The notes beneath the pieces were generated by a model. The model was not told the origin of the DNA. It searched no databases and saw only the letters and a list, made by a program, of their open reading frames with translations. This document shows positions 22,953-64,000 of a DNA stretch of 64,000 bases, piece after piece. The stretch spans positions 2,347,527-2,411,526 of the forward strand of contig CAVNZM010000017.1 in NCBI GenBank assembly GCA_963693365.1, given 5' to 3'. The DNA comes from Amoebidium appalachense (lineage: Eukaryota; Protista; Ichthyosporea). The position numbers and the translations under genes were made by a program. Each line of letters begins with the position of its first letter. Position 1 is the stretch's first letter.

Positions 22953-23200
22953 TAAGGAGCTTCCGGACTCCTCGCGGTCGAACGGGAGCCCCGTCTCCTG
23001 AGTTTCCTCTATATTTTTCGCGCTTGTTGCTTACTGCTGATTGGCTTCTGACCCTTCCCACTGCTCTTGCCAATAATATGAGTCACCAAGCGGCTTGCAG
23101 CAGTAGGCCTGCTTGTTTTTGATCAAGGCGGGGGACCCAACCATGTTCAAATGCAGCACCTGAGTTGGGTTTTGTACCAGGGGTTTTACCCTATTTAGTC
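22953..23200 (+). mobile_element. Diverged internal fragment of the structured repeat family
   Basis: GAGCCCCGTCTCCTGAGTT..CTATATTTTTC..TGCTTACTGC..CCTTCCCACTGC..TGATCAAGGCGGGGACCCAACCATGTTCAA..CTGAGTTGGGTTT matches ~9225-9395; preceded by C-runs. Confidence 0.7.
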
Positions 23201-23468
23201 GAGGCACAAAACCACCATTTTCCATATCAAGATCGGGTAATAAGGAGGCCTTGTTTCGTAGACAAAGTGAACGGGTCAAAAATCGGACACTGTGGTTGAC
23301 TTGGGCCCTCCCTGTCGTGATCTACACACTATCCCAGTGGTACACCTTCGCACACACGCGCTCACACATGCACACACCAACAGACGTCTGACACACACAC
23401 ACTCACATACCCATACACAAACTTGGGCCCACCGCACACACGCACATCGGATGGTCTTTACAAGCACG

Positions 23469-23557
<89 letters not shown>

Positions 23558-24956
23558 ATACACTTGCTGATTTCAGTGGAATTCGACTCAGCTTAGCTTC
23601 TTCTTTTTCTTGACTCACTTCTTGACTCACTTCTTGACTCACTTCTCCCACGCATATATAGTGTAGTGACGTCACGAATTGAGTGCGCTATCCAATCAGA
23701 ATCGAAAAAGTGCTCGATGTGCATTCACCGATTATTCACTTGATACCCTTATGTTGGACTAAATATTGAATAGGGTTACTTTATGTTTGATCAACTATTG
23801 ACTTGGGTGTATAATTTTGTACATGTGTTTTGAAGGGTTTTGCTCTTTTAATGGCCCTCTTTTCAAACGTCGCGCGACCTTTTCATGGCTTTTTTCAACA
23901 TGGCACAGAAATCCCGACGCAGGTTGACCGTCGTTTCAAACATCGCACAGGAGTCGTGATGACTTTGGAATTTGGGTGGGTCACGCATGTGGGACTCCAG
24001 GCTGCCAGGAGTCCTGACTATGACCAATCCTGCCCAGGCTGCTTGCTACCTTTGGAGGCATGTATTGTAGCTCTTATTTAAAACGAACACTTTCCCTCTG
24101 TGACGACTGATCACCCGCCAACTCGAGCTCATACCCCCGAAAAATAGAGAGTGGAATTGGCTGAGGCCACAGTCGCATGCGTACGTGGAAGGCCCTCCCC
24201 TCTACCTCCAGCCGCCGCATTTCTACAACACCACAACCTCACGCGTACTGACGGTGTGCAAGCGCTGCGATGAACTTTGCGTTCGTTGCGGCGAACACTC
24301 TTGCGACCGCGTGCATGCTTTCTGTCGCGGCGCCTCGACGGTTAGATAGAGTCCAGTGTTCGCTGAATGTGTAAGGAAAAATAGGGAGCCATCTCAGTAG
24401 GTGGCAGCACCACAACACTACTGTACCCTATTTTTCAAGGGCAGCAGAGGCTACTTCTGTAGAAAGCGGCCGCGGCCGCGTGACGGATCAGCCGCTCCTA
24501 TGCTCCGCTGGGCCCTAGCCTCCAAAGAGGCTAGGCCAGTGTTTCTAGGCTAGTCTAGCCCCAACTCTACGACGGAGGCCCAAAATTGAAGTCACGGTGT
24601 GCTCAATCGCGAGTCTCGAGCGCACCAGAGCACGGTTCGTCTGCAGGCGGAGCTGCTGCAGTATGTACCGTACAGTATGTGTACATGCATAAAATTAGCT
24701 GCTTGCACACACGTAACGGAATATGCGCGCGTGATTGCCGTCACTTGCGCCATTACAACATGCCAAGTTCAAACACACGTCTCATAACACGTCCGGAATA
24801 TTTATAATAATAAAACAAGCAGAAAAAGGTCCGGAATATTCCTACATTTTATTGTTTTATGAAAACTTTTTTTTATACTGTACCTACTGTATATTTGTAC
24901 TTTTTCATTTTTTTTTTTTTTTTTTAAAAAAAAATAAAAAAAAACAAAAAAAAACA

Positions 24957-25141
24957 GGGGAACCCAACTACGTGATTTTCTTAGTCTTTATGGTGCTTCG
25001 TAGAGTAAGAAAACCCTGATATATATCAACACCCGACATCTATGTACTTGATCATGATATATCGCTGAGGGGATATTCCGAGCAAAAACCCCCATACCTG
25101 AGACTGGTCTCTCTTTGCCTCGAGTAAACAGCGTAAACCCC
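24957..25141 (-). ncRNA. Candidate structured ncRNA or SINE-like repeat, copy 2
   Basis: Inverted homolog of 12646-12841, again followed (on -) by T-runs. Confidence 0.4.
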
Positions 25142-26744
25142 AGATACATGTATACCTATAGCTACATGCATGCCGCTGTGCATATAAAATACACCTCCAC
25201 TAGAATATGCTGCTGTTCAGTATCGCAATTTGCAACAGTCACATATCCGCCCCAGCATCTGCAGCAGGTGCATGCAGTTATACCAACATTCCTAATTTCT
25301 TATCGTTTTATTAAAACAATATTGCAAGTGATATCGGGTGATTTATCGCGATCGGATGAGCATATCAACAAAGTCATTATTATAAAAAAAAAAAAGATAT
25401 TCTTATTCCTACTTAGTACTGTTTTTATTTTTTAAAATAATGGCTTTTTTTGTGCGCCAAAATTTCCCGCCAAAATTTCCATATTTGGCTACTCAGTGCT
25501 ATGTCGCACGAATTATTGGTCTATACATACTTTTCTTGAGACTGCGATATATTCCTTCTTTTTTGTTTGTTGTCTCAGTATAGTCGACATAAAATATTCG
25601 CATGCCGCCGTAGTATGGTTGCAAGCTTCCAGCTGGCGCTGGAGAGCACGGCACAAGTCCAGTCCGTTGGGGCCTGGCCAGGCTTGGTTAGCCTATATAA
25701 GCTCCTGCAACTGGCCCCAGCAACTGCGCAGGTCCCTATAGCTGGCTATATGGAGTGGGGGTGCACATACAGGATTGGGGAGGGGGGGGGGGGGGGGAGG
25801 GGGGGGGGGGCAGGTGGAGATTCACGGCATTCGAAATTGATTGCCATCTGATGAAGGGGAGGGGGGGGGGGGGGGGAGGGGGGCAGAGGGGGGGGGGGGG
25901 GGGGGGGGAGAGGGGGGATTTTCGAAAGGTTCAGCCAGCTAACTAATAGAGTATGGGGGTCATATTATGAAGTTTTGGCCAGAAGCCCTGAGACACATAA
26001 GCAGGCAGATGGCCGGCAAGTTGCGGAGCGGGGGCCCCAGGGGAGAGGAGGGGAGGGGGGAGGGGGGAGGGCTGGATCGGAATATGTATGGCCATGGGCG
26101 AACTGTTACACGTACACGGCCTGTGCCAACAGTTTTTTGTTTTTCACACGAAAGCTTGGAACTGATACTGTAACATGTTGCAATTGACTGAAGCAGGTTT
26201 CTCCCTTCGGATTGAAGTTTATTGCTCTCGTTTTCACCATAAATCGGAGACCAACCATTCAAGTTTACTCAAACATCAACAGTTACATACTTCACGTGCA
26301 AAGCACTGTCAAACATGAAGACGTACTCATCCATTTACAAACTACCTCTAAAACATACACAGATACTATCCGAAAGCAAACCTTGTCTTATATCTCAGAA
26401 GAAAGAGGAAAGTATAGAAAAAAAGAAACATTGAAAGGTGGGGGGGGGGGGGGGGGGGGGGGGGGAAGGGGGGAGCGGAGGGGGGAGCTTCAAGGGAGAA
26501 GCATTGGAAACTAAAGCATTTACACACCCTACGTGCCAATATAGAGCAGTTAGTATTCGTGCCTGTATCTTTCGTCAATCCACCCAAACAAGTTCTACAT
26601 ACGCTCTACAATATGACAAAGGCAAAAAAAAAAAAAAAAAAAAAAAGAAAAAAGAAAAAAAAGGAGAGAAAAAAAGAGATGGTCCTGTGCCTTTCGTTAA
26701 TCCACCCGTACTTCTACATATGCTCTGCACGATTACGTAGGGGA

Positions 26745-26781
<37 letters not shown>

Positions 26782-26929
26782 AGAAGAAGAGAAAACAGGA
26801 AAGAGAAGAAAGGTAAGAAAGAAAACAACACTGAAAAGCCTACATTCACATAGTTACGACAAACACAACAATCCCAAAGAAACTACTTGACTGCCCGCCG
26901 TTGCCACTACCCAACGAGTCCCTCGTTTT

Positions 26930-57823
<30,894 letters not shown>

Positions 57824-57880
57824 CCTGGATGAACGCACTACCTCTGTCTACCTATGTATAACCTCGAGAACAAAAAAGTG

Positions 57881-58767
57881 CCTTGGAAGCCTTCGCCCAG
57901 TTCTAGAAGTAATCGATATCAGTGGCACAGACACATATGACACATATCCTACCCCGGATTTTGGTGATTTTGTTTATCTCGTGAATAATGCAATCGCTTG
58001 CATTCAACCCGATCGCATTTCGATCGAAGCGCCCCGACCCTTGCGCCAGCCCCATATTCGCGCGACCCGACATCGGATTTGGCTACGGTGCGGCTGCGCG
58101 AGGCTACATTTTGCCAGACCCAAGTCTTCTTTTTTACCAGCTTTTGCTGGATCATGCGGATATTTTATCGGCTACATGTAAGCATTAATCTTGATGGAGC
58201 ATATACAGAATTGTTATTTACACCCGGAGGATAACAAGTCCCTGGATGCCTATCGCAACTCCGACTTCTTGCAGAAGTCATATGCAAGTGTGTCGTCTAA
58301 TCGTGATACAGCCAATGAAAATCACGTTATATCGTCTGCCTACGCTTCTGGGATTGATATTCCGGAGGGCTACGATCACGACGAGGCGTGTGCACCTGGG
58401 CGAGTCTTCAAGAAAGCAGCTTTGTCATCTGAATAAAGCAAAAATAAAGCCTTGTCGAGCTTGCACATGTATTGCTTTTCAAAGTAACATGCACATGCAG
58501 GAATAAGCTTTACGGTACAAAATTTTCTTTCTGTAATCGGACCGGGTCTGGCAAAATGTAGCCTCGCGTAGCCAAATCCGATGTCGGGCCGCGCGAATAT
58601 GGGGCTGGCGCAAGGTTCGGGGCGCTTCGATCGAAATGCGATCGGGTTGAATGCAAGCGATTGCATTATTCACGAGATAAAAAAAAATCACCAAAATCCG
58701 GGGGTAGGATGTGTCTGTGCCACTGATACTGGCGATTACTTCTATAACTGGGCGAAGGCTTCCAAGG
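57881..58767. repeat. Long inverted repeat 1: arms 57881-58121 and 58544-58767, ~420-bp spacer
   Basis: Arms are near-perfect reverse complements with small indels; mirrored ORFs MQSLAFNPIAFRSKRP appear on both strands. Confidence 0.9.
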
Positions 58768-59301
58768 CCGAACAGACTGGAGACAAGACGGTATCGTATA
58801 TGCATAGCATCCGGTACGGGTCACTGAACTTTGAAACGCCACCGAATTTTAAAGAACACATGTGGCAGGCTTTGGCACCGAGTCTCAGGCTCCCGAATCT
58901 CTCCGGACCTCCGACTCAGTCTCACAGCCTCAGCTGCCTCAGCTGGTCACGACCGGTCCCGGTAATTAACTTCAAGCCAAGTTGTTTGGAGGCAAAGCCG
59001 CTGGGCCTCAGTGCAGTGACTGATTGTACACAAATCCGTTCATTAATTGTCGCAGCTACGAGCCCCCCCCCCCCCCCCCCCTCCCATTCAGAGGCCCAGG
59101 GGGAGAGGGGAGGGCCCGGGAGGGGGAGGGGCACGACCCAAATCTAATTGTGGGCGGGGAGGGGGGTGGGGGGGGGTTGAAATCTGCGCCATAATTATGA
59201 AGTACGAAGTGCACATTCACAGCGGGAAGCACCAGGTAACGCAGAGCCGTGCCAAACACATGTACATACGTAGACTGTGTTTCAGTGTGGGAGTGGGGCC
59301 C

Positions 59302-59338
<37 letters not shown>

Positions 59339-59872
59339 CACTAAATTGGGTCAAGTCCGTGATATTGGCGTCAACAAGCATCGTGAGCCAGTCAACTCAG
59401 GGTGTGTTGTAGGCCAAGCTAAGCTCTGCAAGCTTGATCTTCAAGACCCACCCAAGTCTTCCGGAAATGGTAATAGTTTTTTGGCCAGACACACTAAGAT
59501 TAATAGTACTAAGTTACTGCAAGTTTTAATGTAGTAGCTGCGACAATTAATGAACGGACTTGTGTACAATCAGTCACTGCACAGAGGCCCAGCGGCTTTG
59601 CCTCCAAACTTTCTTGGCTTGAAGTTAATTACCGGGACCGGTCATGACCAGCTGAGGCAGCTGAGGCAGTGAGACTGAGTCGGAGGTCCGGAGAGATTCG
59701 GGAGCCTGAGACTCGGTGCCAGAGCCTGCCACGTGTGTTAAATTCGGTGGCGTTTCAAAGTTCAGTGACCCGTACCGGGTGCTATACATATACGATACCG
59801 TCTTGTCTCCAGTCTGTTCGGCCTTGGAAACCTTCGCCCAGTTCTAGAAGTAATCGCCAGTATCAGTGGCAC
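58717..59872. mobile_element. Long inverted repeat 2 (foldback or MULE-like non-autonomous element?): arms 58717-59059 and 59534-59872
   Basis: ~340-bp arms GTGCCACTGATACTGGCG...GCAGCTAC and GTAGCTGC...CGCCAGTATCAGTGGCAC; no TSD or transposase seen. Confidence 0.7.
59176..59300 (-). mobile_element. Possible third subfamily stub of the poly(C)-associated repeat
   Basis: G-run, then GTTGAAATCTGCG...AAGTACGAAGTGCAC, resembling GTTTGAATGCG...AAGTACGAAGTACAC; ends at another G-run. Confidence 0.45.
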
Positions 59873-60241
59873 TCGTAGCGGCTATGTACTTGGACTAGTA
59901 CTAAATTAGATGATAGTTTTGGGTCAATGGCAATATGTTACGCCGGCCGGGGCCCGATGGAGCTCGGGTTATAATTATATTCTGATAGATTCTAAGTTTA
60001 TGTGGCGGGGCACAGCAATCGTGTCACCGTGGCCACTTAACTAAGATGCCTAATTCATATGGCATTATACGCGTTTATGTCATTATTAGCCTTGTTAGCC
60101 CCTACTAGGTACACAAAACGTATCATGAAGGCACAAACATCATACACAGTAGAGAAGAATACACCGTGTCTATTAAATGACTGACTTTCGCGTCTCAGTC
60201 AGATGGAACCTTGATTATGATTGGCTGCACCCTGTCTAGCT

Positions 60242-60390
60242 CTAAGACTTGGCGGCAACCCCTTGCATTGCAGTGCTTCCGACGCTGAAACGCCGAACGA
60301 CTGCGCGCTTGTTTGGCACGCGGTGATGACCGTGGGTCTGTGGGGAGGGGCAACTTTGAGTCACAGAAAGCTTTTGAAAGAAACATTTTT

Positions 60391-60434
<44 letters not shown>

Positions 60435-61521
60435 GGACTCGGCGTTATTTTTTTTTGTGTGCGTGTGTGTGTGGTAGTGTTGGTGGTGGAGGGGAGGGGG
60501 AGGGGGGGGGGGGGGGGGGGACATCATGACTTCTTGAGGGGAGAAAATGGGCAGGCCCAGGGGAAGAGGGGGCGGGGGGCACTGCCAGCTAGGGGGGGGG
60601 GGGGGGGGGGTTTGAATGCGGAACACGGTACGAAGTACGGATACACGAAGGACACATGCAAAGGCAAACATTCAAGTATGCAACATAGCCATGCGCGCAG
60701 TATGCGTCATAAGCAGAGCCCATCCTCAGGGAGGGCCCAAGTCATCAATTGCGTCTGAGTTTCGACCCCTTGGGGGGATGGGGGGAGGGCATACTCCTTG
60801 GGGGAGAGAAAGTCAGCCGAGGTCCCGAAGGGGGGGGGGGGGGGGAAGGGGAGGGGGGGCAGCGTGACAAAAGATTGAGTGACATAAAAATATTCCAGGG
60901 GAAATAAAATAATTCAGGCTCTAAGACTGGGCATTCTTTTTGGGGGGGGGGAGGGGGCCCCCGGGAGGGGGGGGGGGGGGGGAGGGGTACATATACCCGA
61001 TAGTAGATGCCGCATGCGTTGCAGTTCCACACTTGCACGTCACCCTCCGCATTGCTTGCCTTGCGCCACAGCGGCGTGCGGTCGGTATGGCAGTTGGCGC
61101 AGAACCGCCCCTCGACATATTCACGCCGCTTGCGCGCCGGCCGGGGGGACCCATCATAATCGCGTCTTTTCTGCCTTCTAATTGGCAGGTGGGCCGGCAT
61201 CTCCCCGGGGAGAAGGGGAGCCTTGTGAAGACCATTTATGGGGCCTGAGACAACCGCCCCGTTGACCATTTGGGGCGAGATGACGGGGATGCTGATATAC
61301 ACTGTGGGAAGATGGGTAGAAGCGGGTTAGAAGGGTGGCATAAGCCTTGAAAGGAAGGCGGGGGGGGGGGGGGGGGGGGGGGGGAGGGGGGTGCTTGGGG
61401 GAGGGGGGTATGTATACAGAAGCCTTGCCATTGAAAATCGTATACAGTCGCCTGGGGCGGACGGAGGGGCCCGGGGTCGAGGGGGGGGGGGGGGGGGGGG
61501 GGGAGGGGAGAGGGTAGAGAT

Positions 61522-61568
<47 letters not shown>

Positions 61569-61744
61569 CGGGGAGGGGAAGGGCCGGGAGGGGGGTTGAA
61601 GGTTAAAGGGTTGGCATTACGGGAAAGTTTGGAGGGGGGGGGGGGGGGGGGTAGGGGAGAGGAGCTGGAAGGCCCAATGGTTTGTTTTAGCAAAGATCAT
61701 TGAACTTTATGCTCGGAGGAGGAAGCCGGAGTGACGAGGGGGAA

Positions 61745-61780
<36 letters not shown>

Positions 61781-62683
61781 CAACCTGGGTTGACACCCTG
61801 TTGCACCATTCTGTTAATGTTGTTGGGGAGACTCTGGTGCAGGTGGGAGGCGGATTGGGGGCTCTTAAGGGGCGGGCCTTGGTTGGGGGCCGATGTTTGC
61901 GTGTTGGCCGGAGCGGTGGGAATGATGATAGGGGCGGATGAGGGGGGCATCTTGGGAGACACGGGTTTGATAGAGGGGAGGGGGGCTGAATGGGGAATTC
62001 GAAACTCTGTGTGGAAAATATTAGTTAGTGGTTGTTACTGAGGCAGTTAGTGGTTGTTAATAGGGTCTATAGACCGGTGCGAGACGGTGCGGCATGGGAT
62101 CGGGTTTAAAAATGGCTCAGAATTTGCCAAGATATGGGGCAGCATTCTTTTACACGAGTTGGATGGCCATGTCTTCAAAAAAAAAAAAAAAAAAAACCAT
62201 TGCGGAACTACAAGGCTTTCTCATGATAGCTTCAGTAAACTTTGATAGAAGCAAAACTTGGGAAGAGCACTGAGTGACCGGGGGAGGGTCCCAGGGGATG
62301 AGGGGGGGGGGGGGGGGGGGGGGGGGGTTACAAGTTATCCCAACGACCATGGGACTCATCGTCGAGACAGCTAGAGACTCACTGAGAGAGTAAGAATCCA
62401 AGTCTCATAGGGTACTGAGATAGGAGAAGAGGGGGGGGAAGGGGAAGGAGGGGGGGGAGGGGGGGGGGGGAGGGAGGGGGGGGGGGGGGGGGGGGGAACG
62501 TACCATCCTGGCTGCCACTGTTTGCATTCTTGTTTTTGCCCCGGCACGACCGGGAGGGACCCAGGCCCTGCAGACAGCCCATGAACGGCATGGCCTCCTT
62601 GGGGGTGGACTTGCCGCGGTGCTTCTTCTTTTGCGGTGCTGAGGATAAGCTGTTCTCCGTCACATAGGGCACAATCTTGCACT

Positions 62684-62738
<55 letters not shown>

Positions 62739-63784
62739 ATGGCGTTAGACTTAGCCACTGAAAGATGACTGATCAAGGCGGCCTTACTCCAGTCACCGTG
62801 GTTAGCAACATTTTCGAAGTGCCATGTTGCAGTTTTATCATGATCACACACGCTCGCACACCGTACTGCGATGAAATACTGATACTGAGGCACCAGCATG
62901 ACACATGTCAGCAAACGTACCTTCCATTCATCGTTGCGTGGCTGGCCGACAACCAGGTCCAAAGGCTCGATCTTCGGAATGTACGCCGCGCCATTGCAGT
63001 CGCTGTTCATCATCGACAATGAGGTCAGGTCGGAAAAGTCAAATATGAACCCCGGCATGGGGAGGGTGCCTGATTCGGCGGATGAAAGAAAATCGCTGCT
63101 AAACGGTGTTTTTATAGCTGATTGCATGCTCGAGGAGAATTCGCTCTCCGCCTCCAACATGGAATCGAATGCGCCTGGTGTGGGAAAATCGCAGAAATCT
63201 ACTAGTGTGATATCATCGGGCGAACTGAACTCCATTTCAAACTGCTCCATTGCAGGGTCAGGGTCATTCTCGTTGGGTTGCCGTTGCAGCTCTGATGATT
63301 GGGCGGATGTTTCCAGAACGACTTCTTGATTGGTAGGGTCGATAATGGGGAGGGATCCGGAGTCCCAATGCGAAACGAACGTGGAGTTATCCTCAAACGA
63401 AAATTCAACAATCTCGGCTTCATCTTGTGACTCGGTGGACGATGTTGGCTGAACGCTTAGATTCACCCCGCTTTGTTGTTGTGCTTGCATGCGCCCACAC
63501 ATACACGTGCATACCATTTGCATTTGTGCTGTTTCGCACGTGCTGTCTGTGATGCTATCGTTCCGTGGAAGCGATTTGGGCGATTTAAGCCATACTGGGG
63601 TTGCCACAAATGGTTCCTCTGGCGAGGAACAGAGATCCATTTTGGGTTGCGCATAGGAGATGCTGTCGATGCCTGTGTGGTCTAAAAGACCAACCACAAA
63701 TGTCTCGTCCTGAGATTGCCCCTGTGCGCATGATTGTAAATTTAGCAAAATATCATGCGTAAACCGAGGCCCGATGTGATGCAT
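60242..63784 (-). CDS. GATA-type zinc-finger transcription factor; exons ~62921-63784 (start uncertain, alternative ATG 63640), 62504-62675, 61785-62006, 60997-61301, 60242-60337
   Basis: In-phase GT-AG joins; acidic N-terminal region, Pro-rich linker, and CANCHTDRTPLWRK...CNACGIYYR|THGHHRVP finger with basic tail. Confidence 0.85.
60610..60772 (-). mobile_element. Subfamily B, 5'-truncated copy in the last GATA intron
   Basis: Matches 38681-38842; G-runs on both sides. Confidence 0.85.
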
Positions 63785-64000
63785 GAACTTTCAAATTGCA
63801 TGCCCACTGGCCATCCGAGACACACTGAGCTTGACAGTATAATGATTAACGTTTACACTGGGTATAAATATACATTTTATAGCGAGACTTGAACCTCGCA
63901 GAGCCTTGCATGAAAACTAAGTTGTGTAGGGCCGCGCATTGCGCATACAATGTTTCTTCACAAAGACACCTCGAAGCTCAGTGCTCTTGAAAAATTTACG

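Noticed and set aside
23665-23700. Promoter-like GTGACGTCAC palindrome and CCAAT box
   Set aside because: No supported gene downstream, and short motifs like these occur by chance.

Overview
Intron-rich eukaryotic genomic DNA; the lineage cannot be fixed from sequence alone. Introns are packed with homopolymer C/G runs and (CA)n/(CT)n microsatellites, so almost all ORFs in the supplied track are artefacts. Real genes reconstructed by hand: (1) the 3' nine exons of a bacterial-type FkbH-like HAD-IIIC protein (+, 1-11055); (2) two intronless, head-to-head paralogous coiled-coil genes (19.0-22.0 kb); (3) a complete 36-exon EFL1/RIA1 ribosome-maturation GTPase (-, 26930-57823); (4) a GATA zinc-finger gene with an unusual CX2CX22CX2C finger (-, 60242-63784). 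Mobile DNA: a near full-length APE-RT LINE (12.8-17.4 kb), a MITE with a 3-bp TSD (17524-18063), and two interlocked long inverted repeats in front of EFL1. The most striking signal is a non-coding repeat family: nine clear intronic copies in two subfamilies plus about four diverged ones. The clear copies share one 3' end (GCATTCAA..C), are variably 5'-truncated, sit in poly(C) tracts rather than carrying poly(A) tails, and conserve a pseudoknotted RNA fold with compensatory base changes between subfamilies. This is a candidate poly(C)-targeting retroposon/structured-RNA system. A second ~190-nt structured, T-run-terminated RNA-like repeat occurs twice, and the LINE abuts one copy tail-to-tail. 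All RNA structures were paired by eye and need computational confirmation.
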